Below are positions 13,848 through 26,451 of a DNA stretch of 64,000 bases, one piece after another. Source of the DNA: an uncultured Gammaproteobacteria bacterium (GTDB taxonomy: Bacteria > Pseudomonadota > Gammaproteobacteria > DRLM01). The notes under the pieces are model-generated. The model had not been told where the DNA came from and searched no databases. It saw only the letters and a program-made list of their open reading frames with translations. Position 1 is the first letter of the stretch, and every line of letters starts with the position of its first letter. The stretch lies in assembly GCA_947259075.1 (NCBI GenBank), contig CAMYKQ010000057.1, positions 135,246 to 199,245 of the forward strand, written 5' to 3'. Both the position numbers and the translations under genes were made by a program.

Positions 13848-16800
13848 CTATGGAGGGAGCGTGATCTCCACCGCGGCGGACAGATTATTATCCTCGTCGC
13901 TCTCCTCGACACGGCAGAACTCCGGCACGAACTCATCACCGCTGCAACTGTCCGCCAAACCCGTCAAGGACACGGTCTGTCCTCGCAGCGAGGCGAGGAA
14001 GGTCACGACGCCGGAGAAGGAGGCCTCTCTACCCGCGCCCAGGAGATCGTCCGTCCACGGATAAAAGATATCCGCCTCGCCGGGCACGGTGAATGCCGCC
14101 ACGAAGGTGCTGCCGTCGGCCGTGGTGTATTGGGTGGAGGACTTGAAGATGGCGGCGTCCGAACTGCCCTGATTGCGCAGCGTCATGCGTACCGGCACCT
14201 GGATACCGTCCCGGGTCACGACCGCATCACCCGCCTGGGCGAAATTGGTGACGACCAAGTCGGGCGCGCCCTCGCCTGGACGAATGATACGTTCGCTGAC
14301 GGGATCGACGTCGGCACCCGAGACGGTGAGCATGAATTCCTCGCCGTCGAAGCCGCTGAGATCCAATTCCGCCACCCCATCTTGCACTACGCCACGCGCG
14401 ATCATCTCACCATCGAGATTTTGCGCCACCACGAACACCGGTTCCAAACCGAAGGGCGGGCAGGTCAAACACGGCGGCTCGGGGATCACCGGCACTTTGA
14501 CCACCGCGGCCTCGAAGACCAGTGAACCGATGACGATCGACAACGGGGGTTTGGACTTGACTTCCACCGTGGGATCACCCATCACGCTGTAGATGAGCAT
14601 ATGCTGACGCGTCTGGGTGAAGTCGCTGCCTAAACGCTCGGAACGCAGATACAGTTTGGCGTGATTGAGTATGTCGCCCACTTTTCTAATCGACGTCGCG
14701 CCACCGTATGCCACTACATCGGGCCAAGTGGCATCGAACAAACCCTTGGCCAGATCGTTGTTGAACCAGGTGCCGCTGGAACGGCTGTCACCGATCACCG
14801 CGATGGCGCCATCGGATTTACGCACGAAGGTCTCACCCCAATACACGCTGCCGACGCCGGGCCCGTAACCGCCCGGCTCGGTGTTCGCGGGCAAATCGAC
14901 GGTTTCATTGTCGAAAATGCCGCTAGCGCAGTTCACGCTGTACACCACCGGGAAGCGATTATTGCTGACGCTAATACTGGCCAGATTGCCACTGGAGAAC
15001 GACGGCGTACCCCAGCCGCTCCACCAGCCGTGGTCGCGGTGATAGAGAATCGAGGTGCCGGTATTGGTGGCATTGATGATATCGGTGGTATTACCCGTCC
15101 AGGGAAACACCGGCTTACGCAAGGCGAGCGGCACGGGCACATTATCGACATACAGCGTCGGCGAACTCCCCGCCGCGGTACTGTAGATGCGTTGAATACT
15201 GAAATTCTTCGGGATCAATCTGTCGCGGATAAACTCCGAAGTTTGCGCGAAGGCGCGTTCCGCCTTGCCATCCAGATTATTGTCTTGAAACTGCGCGGCA
15301 AAGGTCATGCGCGAATAATAACTGGAGCCGAAGAGCGCCCCCGGCGGCGGATTATTCTCGAAGGCAATGACGTTACTCACCATTTGCTGCGCCTGAATCA
15401 GCGTGTCCACCGGGAAGCGGCCCAGGCCGAAACGCGGATTAGTGACCGGCTCCAAAAACTTGAACAAGCCGGACAGGGTAGGCTGGGCATACCACATATC
15501 ACCAGCATTCTTGGCATTGTCCCAAGAATTTTTCAGATCATAGTGCGTGGGAATGAACTCCGAGTCACCCATCAACAACACCCACTTGGGACGGATAAAC
15601 CAGTTGTTATACGCATTTTCCAGATAGGCCTTGATCTGCGCCTTGGTCGAACCGATGGTGGCGGTATTAGCCACTACGGTGCTGATGCCGCGCGCGATCT
15701 TATGAGCGCGCAGCGTATTGGCGGCGGCGAGGAAATCCGGCGGCGTGATAATGATGAAGCGCGCGCCGAAAAACACCGGCGTGACGATCTCCGGGCACAC
15801 GGCCTTCTTCACCAATTCCACGTTGAGCGGGCTGACGTTCGTCAAACTCAGGGCCAGCATTTCCGTTTCAATGCTGGCATCCACCGCGTCCATTTCCAGA
15901 TTTTCCGCCACGCGCACGCGGCTGAAACATTCCGCGGCGGGGTGCGACACCCTGATCCGCAATGCCGGCCAGCTCAACAAGCTTTGCGCGCCGGGGTCGT
16001 AGTTGACCAAGGGCAGGCTGATCTGCACCACATTGAAATCATCGCCCGGCCCGCTTAAAGGCAGGACGCTGACCTGCTTGATATCAGTGGCGGCCCGCTC
16101 ATAACGGGCGCGGTCGAATTTGAATGACTCATCATCCTTGGCGAAGGGTTCGCCGTCTGGTCCGCGCGCATCGCGCACCGGCGGTTGCACGGGGAACAAA
16201 CGCGCCTCCATGGCCACCGCATCACCTTCAGGCTCCACCGAGACCTGCAATCCTTCACTGGTCTCAAGATCGAAACCCAACGGCAAAGCCAATTGCACGC
16301 TGAGCATGGGCACTTCCGCTTGCGATGCGTCGTCCACGCCGCCGCTGCGCATCTGCATGCCGCCGCCCGGATTTTGGAAACGGCTAAATACACCGGAAGG
16401 CGTATCCACCGTCGTCAATTCCGGTGTGGGCACGCTGGCCACGAACTCCGCGCCCTCATTGGAGACGCTGACGACGCTGATGCTGACCCCGCGCGTCATA
16501 ATCACGGTCGCCACAAACGTGGTCACGCCGGTGTCCGGTACACGCTCAGCCAGCTTGGTGGTATTGCTGAAACCCGGGCGCGAACAGACCAACATGAGTT
16601 GCAATGTCGTGGACTTAACCTCGACGTCGGTATCGAGCACACCTAAATCATCCGTGGCGGCGCCGCTGACCACAGTGCCGATGGGCGTCCCCTCTTCCTG
16701 TATCGCACAACTTGCGCCAGGGATAGGGGTGGAATCAACGGTGACCACTTCGCCGTGCAGCCGGATGGTTTCGCGCGCCTGGTCGCCGCGTATCACCACG

Positions 16801-17252
16801 GAACCCACGCCGTCTTTCTTCGGCCGCGCCAAGTCCAGCGCCACGATGGTGACTTGGCTATTGCGTATCACCACGCCGTCCGCCGCACCAAACCAATCGG
16901 CGGTTTCCAAGGCCGCGCACACACCATTGGCGAAGATGCCCATGGCTACCCGGCGGTTTTCCCCTATGGGAATATTCGGGACCACGGTCTCAATCACCTG
17001 TGTGCCCGCGGGATAGGTTCTTTGCGACGCGATTGTGGCGAAATCATTAGCACTGATTTCTATACGCACACAGAAGGGCGCTTGAAATTCTTCGGGGGCC
17101 TTGAGTGCCAGCGAAACACCGGTGGTATTCGGCGCGGCCTGTCCCGCCAGCGGGTCATCCGCGGCGCCACCGCCACATCCACTCAGGGTTATTACTAGAG
17201 AAAACAGCAGAAATACGGTATAGCGATGCACTACAGCGGCGAGCACGTTCAT
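13848..17252 (-). CDS. peptidase C25 (gingipain-like cysteine peptidase) family lipoprotein, 1134 aa, with N-terminal Ig-like and C-terminal CARDB-like regions
   Basis: Lipobox LSGC. C25-like core: FIIITPPDF...WVLLMGDSEFIP...GLGRFPVDT...HRDHGWW (His)...YSVNCASGIF (Cys). Confidence 0.7.
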   Translation of the reverse strand: MNVLAAVVHRYTVFLLFSLVITLSGCGGGAADDPLAGQAAPNTTGVSLALKAPEEFQAPFCVRIEISANDFATIASQRTYPAGTQVIETVVPNIPIGENRRVAMGIFANGVCAALETADWFGAADGVVIRNSQVTIVALDLARPKKDGVGSVVIRGDQARETIRLHGEVVTVDSTPIPGASCAIQEEGTPIGTVVSGAATDDLGVLDTDVEVKSTTLQLMLVCSRPGFSNTTKLAERVPDTGVTTFVATVIMTRGVSISVVSVSNEGAEFVASVPTPELTTVDTPSGVFSRFQNPGGGMQMRSGGVDDASQAEVPMLSVQLALPLGFDLETSEGLQVSVEPEGDAVAMEARLFPVQPPVRDARGPDGEPFAKDDESFKFDRARYERAATDIKQVSVLPLSGPGDDFNVVQISLPLVNYDPGAQSLLSWPALRIRVSHPAAECFSRVRVAENLEMDAVDASIETEMLALSLTNVSPLNVELVKKAVCPEIVTPVFFGARFIIITPPDFLAAANTLRAHKIARGISTVVANTATIGSTKAQIKAYLENAYNNWFIRPKWVLLMGDSEFIPTHYDLKNSWDNAKNAGDMWYAQPTLSGLFKFLEPVTNPRFGLGRFPVDTLIQAQQMVSNVIAFENNPPPGALFGSSYYSRMTFAAQFQDNNLDGKAERAFAQTSEFIRDRLIPKNFSIQRIYSTAAGSSPTLYVDNVPVPLALRKPVFPWTGNTTDIINATNTGTSILYHRDHGWWSGWGTPSFSSGNLASISVSNNRFPVVYSVNCASGIFDNETVDLPANTEPGGYGPGVGSVYWGETFVRKSDGAIAVIGDSRSSGTWFNNDLAKGLFDATWPDVVAYGGATSIRKVGDILNHAKLYLRSERLGSDFTQTRQHMLIYSVMGDPTVEVKSKPPLSIVIGSLVFEAAVVKVPVIPEPPCLTCPPFGLEPVFVVAQNLDGEMIARGVVQDGVAELDLSGFDGEEFMLTVSGADVDPVSERIIRPGEGAPDLVVTNFAQAGDAVVTRDGIQVPVRMTLRNQGSSDAAIFKSSTQYTTADGSTFVAAFTVPGEADIFYPWTDDLLGAGREASFSGVVTFLASLRGQTVSLTGLADSCSGDEFVPEFCRVEESDEDNNLSAAVEITLPP

Positions 17253-17673
17253 GGCATCTCTCCCTATATACTTTGGTATTAGTATTTAAAGTCCCTGCAC
17301 ATTTCTGGATTGCACAGTGGTCTCTTTCCTCCATCCAGGAATTAAGAATAGACGTTGGATTAGCCGATGCAAGTCAAGCCTGCCTCGTTCTCGCGGGGTT
17401 GCTATGCGTTGGCTGCCGCACGGCGTTATTACATCGGCGCCGGTAGCGACATGAAGACTGAGTGAAAAGGCCGATAAGCACTATCTACCCTTTCATCTTC
17501 CGCTTTCTCCGCGCTGCGGGAACAGCGCACGATGAGGGATTACATTGGGGCCCTTCTCACCCCGCCGCGAACCCGGAGAGCGGGGCGGAAAGACCATGCA
17601 GTATCCGGCGCGAGAATTATTAAAGAGCGATGCAATCACTCAGGCTCTGGCTGAGATCACGTCACCGCGCCGC

Positions 17674-17722
17674 AAAAAAAAACGGCATGCGGCACCAAGG
17701 GGGAGGGGGAAGCGCGCATGCC
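17674..17722 (-). terminator. rho-independent terminator of clpB
   Basis: On the minus strand, CGGCATGCG...CGCATGCCG hairpin followed by U9 (plus-strand A9 at 17674-17682), about 30 nt after the clpB stop. Confidence 0.65.
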
Positions 17723-17750
17723 GTGAGGGAGAAAAACGATTGGGGTGATT

Positions 17751-20336
<2,586 letters not shown>

Positions 20337-20374
20337 AGAAGACGCGCCTCAGTGAAAAACTCTAACTCCTCTAC

Positions 20375-20404
20375 TAAATAGGGTGCATCCCCGCCACTTT
20401 CAAG
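20375..20404 (-). promoter_or_regulatory. sigma-32 (RpoH) heat-shock promoter for clpB
   Basis: Minus strand reads CTTGAAA-N14-CCCTATTTA, matching the sigma-32 consensus TTGAAA-N13-15-CCCCATNT. About 40-70 nt upstream of the clpB start. Confidence 0.7.
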
Positions 20405-20516
20405 CACCCCGGGCGCCGGTCGGCGATTTTAAGCCTGAGTTAATCCCCACGCCTTATCTTGGGACGCGAATATAAGAATCAAGGGATGCACGAGACGCTA
20501 TAAAAGGAGCCAAGAA

Positions 20517-21179
20517 ATGCGTTTACTACTCGTGGAAGACGACCCGTTACTGGGCGATGGCATCCATGCCGGTTTGAATCAAGGCGGCTGCGCGGTGGAT
20601 TGGGCGAAAAACGGTAAAGCCGCCGAGCTGGCCTTGGAGGCGGGGGTCTACGACGTCATGATTCTGGATATCAACCTGCCGCAATGCGATGGCCTCACGC
20701 TTTTGAAAAATCTGCGCGCCCGCGGCAATGAATTACCGGTGCTCATCCTCACCGCCCGCGGCACCGTGGCCGATCGCGTCTGCGGCCTCGACAGCGGCGC
20801 CGACGATTATATGACCAAACCCTTTGACCTCACCGAACTGGATGCGCGTTTACGCGCCTTGCAGCGCCGCGCCAAGGGCCGCGCTGGACCGTTATTGCAA
20901 CACGGCAATATCGTAATGGACCCGGCCTCGCACACCGTCAATCATCACGACGACATCGTGGCGCTATCACGCCGCGAATTCGCCATACTGCACATGCTGC
21001 TCGACAACGCCGGCAAGGTGCTGTCGCGCTCGCGCCTGGAGGAGAGCCTCTATGCCTGGAGCGACGAAGTGGAGAGCAACGCGGTGGAAGTCCATATCCA
21101 CCACCTGCGCAAAAAACTCGGCCATGGGCTGATCCGCACCCTGCGCGGCGTCGGCTACGTCATCGATAAACCCTCATGA
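20517..21179 (+). CDS. OmpR-family two-component response regulator (QseB/PmrA-like)
   Basis: Receiver domain with D residues (LLVEDD, MILDINLP). Winged-helix C-terminus (LRTLRGVGYV). Confidence 0.9.
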   Translation: MRLLLVEDDPLLGDGIHAGLNQGGCAVDWAKNGKAAELALEAGVYDVMILDINLPQCDGLTLLKNLRARGNELPVLILTARGTVADRVCGLDSGADDYMTKPFDLTELDARLRALQRRAKGRAGPLLQHGNIVMDPASHTVNHHDDIVALSRREFAILHMLLDNAGKVLSRSRLEESLYAWSDEVESNAVEVHIHHLRKKLGHGLIRTLRGVGYVIDKPS

Positions 21180-22561
21180 ACCCGTCACTGCGCCGCCGTT
21201 TGCTAGCCACGCTGCTCGGTGTCGTCAGCGCAGCGTGGCTGGCGGCGGCCATGGCCAGTTATTACAAAAACCAATACGAGATCGAAGCGTTGTTCGACGC
21301 TGAATTGAGCGAATTCGCGCGCGTCCTCAGCAGCATCAGCGGCCATGAGCTGGTGGAGGAACGTTTGTACAGAGACCAAATCCTGCCGGCCCATACCTAC
21401 ATCCACGTCAGCGGCGAACCCTACACTTTGGACTACCAAAAGAAACTCGCCTTTCAAGTGTGGGTGGACCACGGTGCGCTCGCGCTGCGGTCGCAAAGCG
21501 CGCCCACCCAAGCCCTCAGCCGCATCAACAACGGTCTCACCGACGAGCTGATCGAGGGACGCAGCTGGCGCATCGCCGCCCTGCATCACGATGAACTGCC
21601 AATACAAGTCTACGTCGGCGAACCGCTCGACGTGCGCGAGCGACTGGGCCGGGACATCGCCTGGCACATGATGCTGCCCCTGCTCGTCGCCTTGCCCGCA
21701 CTGGCCGTGATGATCTGGTACGGCGTCGGCCACGCCTTGCGGCCGCTGCAGCGGCTGGCCGCCGACATGGCCCAGCGCGATTCCGATCACCTCACCCCGC
21801 TCGACGACCGCGAAGTGCCGCAAGAGGCGCAGCCGCTCACCCGATCACTCAATCATCTTTTCAAACGCGTGCAATACGCCTTCGATCACGAACGCCGCTT
21901 CACCGCCGACGCCGCCCATGAACTGCGCACCCCCTTGGCCGGCATCAAGACCCAGGCGCAAGTGGCGCAACGCGGCACACCCGCCGAACAACAAGTCGCC
22001 TTCGCGCAGGTCGTCCGCGGCGTCGATGCCGCCGACCGCATCGTGCATCAACTGCTGACCCTCGCGCGCCTCGACCCCGAATCCGATTTGAGCCAGCACC
22101 CGCCACAGGCGCTCGCGCCCATCGCCGCCGAGGTGCTGGCCGACCTCGCACCGCGCGCGCTGGCCAAACGCATCGACATCGCCCTCGGCGGAACCCACGC
22201 CGGCGAAGTGCGCGGCAGCCGCGACGCCCTCGCCATAATGTTGAGCAATCTGATCGACAACGCGATTCAACACACGCCGGAACAAGGCTCGGTGCTCGTC
22301 AACATCGAGCAAAATCACGGCGAGGTCCTGCTCTCGGTGAGCGACAGCGGCGCGGGCGTACCCGAGGCGGAATACCAGATAATCCTGCAACGCTTTTACC
22401 GCCGCCAGGACAACGGCACCTCCGGCAGCGGCCTGGGTTTATCCATCGTCCAGCGCATCGCCGAACTGCACCGCGCGCAACTCACACTGGGCCGCGCCGG
22501 GCTCGGCGGACTGCGCGTCGAGCTGCGTTTCCCCGCTGCCAATGCCAGCGGCCGCGCTTAA
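21176..22561 (+). CDS. two-component sensor histidine kinase (QseC/PmrB-like)
   Basis: ATGA start/stop overlap with the regulator. Two TM segments, H-box (AAHELRTPL), N and G boxes (LIDNAIQHT, SGSGLGLSIV). Confidence 0.85.
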   Translation: MNPSLRRRLLATLLGVVSAAWLAAAMASYYKNQYEIEALFDAELSEFARVLSSISGHELVEERLYRDQILPAHTYIHVSGEPYTLDYQKKLAFQVWVDHGALALRSQSAPTQALSRINNGLTDELIEGRSWRIAALHHDELPIQVYVGEPLDVRERLGRDIAWHMMLPLLVALPALAVMIWYGVGHALRPLQRLAADMAQRDSDHLTPLDDREVPQEAQPLTRSLNHLFKRVQYAFDHERRFTADAAHELRTPLAGIKTQAQVAQRGTPAEQQVAFAQVVRGVDAADRIVHQLLTLARLDPESDLSQHPPQALAPIAAEVLADLAPRALAKRIDIALGGTHAGEVRGSRDALAIMLSNLIDNAIQHTPEQGSVLVNIEQNHGEVLLSVSDSGAGVPEAEYQIILQRFYRRQDNGTSGSGLGLSIVQRIAELHRAQLTLGRAGLGGLRVELRFPAANASGRA

Positions 22562-22654
22562 GCCGCAGTTAAGCTTGCCGCGCTAGGCTGTCAGCGTAAG
22601 GGGTTATTCACCCATCATCTGCAACGATCCATACTCAAACAAGGAGACGGCACC

Positions 22655-24328
22655 ATGAAAGGTAAATATCTATGGCTCATCGCCGGCGCCATCGCACTCG
22701 CCGCCTGTAACGGCGGCGGTGATGACGGCAATGTACCCAGCGGCTCTTCACTGTCTTCCACTTCCGCGGCGGTTTCCGTCTTCGTCACCGACAATCTCAG
22801 CGATGAATACGCCAAGGTGTGGGTGACGGTGAACTCGGTGAACGCCATCGACGCCAACGGCCAAGAACACCTTCTCTATACCAATACCGACGGCGCGGTG
22901 TTCAACCTGTCCGAGCTGCACAGAGTCGGCGCCTTACTCGACACGCGCCAGCTCCCGGCGGGCGCCTATCAAAGCCTGCGTCTCACCCTGGCCAATCAAT
23001 TGAGCATGGTGGACGCCAAGGGCCAAACCATCACCGCGCGCTTCAACGCCGACGGCACGCCCAAGGTGATCGACGTGCCCGCCGCCTTCACGGTGAGCGC
23101 CAATCAAAACACGGCCATCGGTCTGGATTTCGACCTCAAGCAATTTCAATACGACCCCGTCAGCGGCATAGTCACGCCGGTCATCGTCTTCCGCAACGAC
23201 GATAGCGTTCAAGCAATGGATCGGCGCTACGCGGAAGTCGAGGGCCGGGTGACGGCCATCACCGACGCCGGCCACTTCACCCTCAGCAGCGAACGCAGCA
23301 ATATATCGCTGGCCGTGACGCTCGCCCCCGGCGCGGTCATCGTCGACAGACGCAGCGCCGCCGTCGGCGGCGACGCCTCGCTGCTCAGCGTCAACGACCG
23401 GGTCGATGTCTACGGCAACTACGATTCCGCCAGCCTCAGCATCGCCGCCACACGCGTGAAAATCGAAGGGGAAAGCAGCGATTCCGCGGCCCAAGCCCGT
23501 CGTTACCAAGCCGAAGGCCAGGTCATCTCCTTCGACGGCAGCAGTTTGCTGCTCGATGTGCGCGAAGCCAACTTCGTGCCGGGCGGCAACAGCCTGAGCG
23601 TGGCCAACGTTTCCAATGCCGTGTTCAGCAAAGGCGGCCTCGCCATGCTGGCATCCGGTCAGCGCGTGGAGGTGAAAGGCGCGTGGGACGGCAGCACCTT
23701 CAGCGCCGACACCGTGGAAATCGAAGGCGCCGCGCGCAGCGGCAGCGGCGGCTCGAATCAAGTGGAATACGCGGAACTGAAGGGCATGATCAGCGCGCGT
23801 GATCAAGACCGCCTCACCCTGCAAGTCTTGAAGGCCGAGCATGTCGCCATCCCCAGCGGCGGCAGCATGAGCGTGGACATCGGCAACGCCTGGCTCAAGA
23901 ACGGCAGCGATGCCTGCTTGATCAGCGGCGCGCTGGTGGAAGTGAAAGGCGCCTTCAACGACGGCCTGTTCACCGGCCGGGTGATCGAGGTGGAAGACGG
24001 CTGCGGCGCGCCAGCGTCCGGCAGCTCCGATTCATCCTCCGCCAACGGCGGCGGCGATAGCTCCGGTAATGACGACCGCTCCAGCAACAGCGCCGGACAT
24101 GCAGAGGTCAAAGGGCTGGTCGAAGCCGTGCAGGGCGACAGCGTCACCTTGCAAGTCCTCCGGTACGAAGGCTTCAACCCCGCTGCGCAGACCGTCATCG
24201 CCGACGTCAGCACAGCCTGGTTCGAACACGGCGATCGCGCGCAATTGAACGTCAACGCCCTGCTCGAGGTAGAGGGTAGTTGGAACAACGGCGTGCTCAA
24301 GGCCAGCAAAGTGGAGTACAAATGGTAA
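22655..24328 (+). CDS. lipoprotein with DUF4382-like N-terminal domain and tandem DUF5666-like beta-rich repeats
   Basis: AAGGAGA RBS. Lipobox LAACNGG. Repeated VEVKGAxxDGxFxAxxVEIEG modules. Repeat-family naming is from memory. Confidence 0.55.
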   Translation: MKGKYLWLIAGAIALAACNGGGDDGNVPSGSSLSSTSAAVSVFVTDNLSDEYAKVWVTVNSVNAIDANGQEHLLYTNTDGAVFNLSELHRVGALLDTRQLPAGAYQSLRLTLANQLSMVDAKGQTITARFNADGTPKVIDVPAAFTVSANQNTAIGLDFDLKQFQYDPVSGIVTPVIVFRNDDSVQAMDRRYAEVEGRVTAITDAGHFTLSSERSNISLAVTLAPGAVIVDRRSAAVGGDASLLSVNDRVDVYGNYDSASLSIAATRVKIEGESSDSAAQARRYQAEGQVISFDGSSLLLDVREANFVPGGNSLSVANVSNAVFSKGGLAMLASGQRVEVKGAWDGSTFSADTVEIEGAARSGSGGSNQVEYAELKGMISARDQDRLTLQVLKAEHVAIPSGGSMSVDIGNAWLKNGSDACLISGALVEVKGAFNDGLFTGRVIEVEDGCGAPASGSSDSSSANGGGDSSGNDDRSSNSAGHAEVKGLVEAVQGDSVTLQVLRYEGFNPAAQTVIADVSTAWFEHGDRAQLNVNALLEVEGSWNNGVLKASKVEYKW

Positions 24329-24363
24329 ACGCATGACACAGAACCAGGGAAGGGTCGGACGAG

Positions 24364-24387
24364 GCCCGCCGCAAGGCGGGTCTTTTT
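24364..24387. terminator. intergenic hairpin terminator between convergent genes
   Basis: GCCCGCC-GCAA-GGCGGGT stem-loop followed by CTTTTT. Confidence 0.7.
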
Positions 24388-24415
24388 CATTGCGATGTTA
24401 TTCGCGAGTAAAAAA

Positions 24416-25918
24416 TTATCGGCGCGCCACGCTGGGATAAGGATACAGCTGATCGAGTTGCAGACTGTGGCCGGCGCTCTGCACCACGCGCACGTGATGG
24501 CGGGTGAATTCGCGGGCGTTGCGCAGGCCGCAGGCATGGGCCAAGCGGTCCACTTCCACGTTCATCCACTTGGCGTAGTTGGCCACACGTTCCGCCTTGC
24601 TCTCCACCACCAAGCCTTTTTGCAGACGCGGATTATGGGTGGTGATGCCGGTCGGGCAAGTATCGAGATGACATTGCAGGGATTGAATGCAGCCCAGCGA
24701 AAACATGAAACCGCGCGCGGTGGCGGTAAAATCGGCGCCGACGCACAAGGCCCAGGCCACATCCACCGAGGTCACCAATTTACCCGAGGCCACCACGCGG
24801 ATGCGTTCGCGCAGACCGCTCTCCAGCAGCACATTGACCAGCATGGGCAGGGATTCGCTGAGCGGCAGCCCCACATGATCGGCGAGAATCTGCGGCGCGG
24901 CGCCGGTGCCGCCGTCGCCGCCGTCCAGGGTGATGAAGTCCGGCGCGCACTGCGCGCCGCGGCGCAGAATCGACTCGCACAAAGCGCGTATGCCGCTGTC
25001 ATCGCCCATCACGAACTTGATGCCCACCGGCAAACCGCTCACCGCGCGCACGCGTTCGATCATGTCCAGCAAATCATCATCGCTATCGATTTCGGGATGA
25101 CGGTTGGGACTGTACGAACCCTTGAACGGCGCGATACCGCGCACGCGCGCCACCGCCTCCGTCACTTTCGCCGCGGGCAACACCCCGCCGCGGCCCGGCT
25201 TGGCGCCTTGCGATAATTTGATCTCGAAGGCTTTCACATGCTGCGCCAATTCGCGCAGACGCGCGTCGCTCAAGGCCCCAGCCTCATCGCGCACACCGTA
25301 TTTCGCCGTGCCTATTTGAAAGATCAAATCGCAGCCGCCTTCCGTGTGATGCGGCGCCATGCCGCCCTCGCCGGTATTGAGCCACACCCCGGCCCGCGCC
25401 GCGCCGCGCGACAAGGCGCGTATCGCCGGTGCGGACAAGGCACCGAAACTCATGGCGGAAATATTGACGATGGAGCGCGCCTCGAAAGGCCGGGTGCAAG
25501 CGGCGCCGATCAGCAAGGGCGGCGCGGGCGTGCGGTCGTCTTCCAAGGTGGGATAGGGCGCGTTGACGAAAATCAATGTGCCCGGCTGACGTAAATCATT
25601 GGTGGAACCGAAGCCCACCATGCCGCCGAGATTCTTCGCGGTGCGATACACCCAGGCGCGGGTGGCGCGATTGAAGGGTAGTTCCTCGCGGTCATGGGCG
25701 AAAAAATACTGGCGGAAATACTCGCCCTGTTTTTCCAGAAAATAACGCAGGCGGCCGATCACGGGAAAATTGCGGCGCACCGCGTGTTCTTTTTGGAAGA
25801 TGTCCTGCACGAACATCACCAGCAGCGCCAGCATCACCACCCCGGCGATCCAGCCCATGAACACGATGATCCCGTTTATCAGCGCCGTCATGCCGTCCAT
25901 CAACCCAAAGCTAAACAC
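24416..25918 (-). CDS. FMN-binding glutamate synthase family protein (GltB domain-2-like), membrane-anchored
   Basis: N-terminal TM helix. Collinear with the stand-alone glutamate synthase central (FMN/Fe-S) domain family (GGTGAAP, LPVGIKFVMG). Confidence 0.85.
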   Translation of the reverse strand: MFSFGLMDGMTALINGIIVFMGWIAGVVMLALLVMFVQDIFQKEHAVRRNFPVIGRLRYFLEKQGEYFRQYFFAHDREELPFNRATRAWVYRTAKNLGGMVGFGSTNDLRQPGTLIFVNAPYPTLEDDRTPAPPLLIGAACTRPFEARSIVNISAMSFGALSAPAIRALSRGAARAGVWLNTGEGGMAPHHTEGGCDLIFQIGTAKYGVRDEAGALSDARLRELAQHVKAFEIKLSQGAKPGRGGVLPAAKVTEAVARVRGIAPFKGSYSPNRHPEIDSDDDLLDMIERVRAVSGLPVGIKFVMGDDSGIRALCESILRRGAQCAPDFITLDGGDGGTGAAPQILADHVGLPLSESLPMLVNVLLESGLRERIRVVASGKLVTSVDVAWALCVGADFTATARGFMFSLGCIQSLQCHLDTCPTGITTHNPRLQKGLVVESKAERVANYAKWMNVEVDRLAHACGLRNAREFTRHHVRVVQSAGHSLQLDQLYPYPSVARR

Positions 25919-26063
25919 ACCTCAGGTCATCGGCCGCGGCGGCATGAAGATTTACCCCACAGCCTAAAAGGCACGACACACAAGTGGCGCGGCGCGTATC
26001 GCGGCTTGCCGTAAAAACCCAGCGCGGCCACAATGCGCCTCAAGACAGACGGAGTGATTTCGC

Positions 26064-26438
26064 ATGACGGATAAAATGAAAACCAGCTACGCGGCCATCG
26101 CGGCCTTCATGACCAAGGACGGCTCCATCATCCGCGAGCTGATGCACCCGCAAGTCCACGGCAACCGCGCGCAAAGCCTGGCCGAGGCCAGCGTCCCGCC
26201 GCGCAGCGCCACCCTCGCCCACCGCCACCGGCTCAGTGAGGAGATTTATCACATCACCGCGGGCGCAGGCCGTATGCGGCTGGACGATGAAGAATTTGAA
26301 GTAAAGCCGGGCGACACGGTGTGCATCCCGCCCGGCGCCGCCCACGCGCTCATCAATCCGCACGACACCGAGTTGCGGCTCTTGTGTTGTTCCTCGCCCG
26401 CCTATGCACACGAGGACACGGAGCTGCTGCAAGACTGA
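26064..26438 (+). CDS. cupin-domain protein
   Basis: Two His-containing cupin motifs (HRHRLSEEIYHI...GDTVCIPPGAAHALIN). Confidence 0.7.
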   Translation: MTDKMKTSYAAIAAFMTKDGSIIRELMHPQVHGNRAQSLAEASVPPRSATLAHRHRLSEEIYHITAGAGRMRLDDEEFEVKPGDTVCIPPGAAHALINPHDTELRLLCCSSPAYAHEDTELLQD

Positions 26439-26451
26439 GCGCGCGCCGCGC

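Noticed and set aside
17253-17673. Small ORFs (17105-17446, 17545-17748) in the AT-rich region upstream of the C25 gene
   Set aside because: Low-complexity translations with no RBS or motifs. The region is more plausibly the promoter/leader of the C25 gene plus the clpB terminator.
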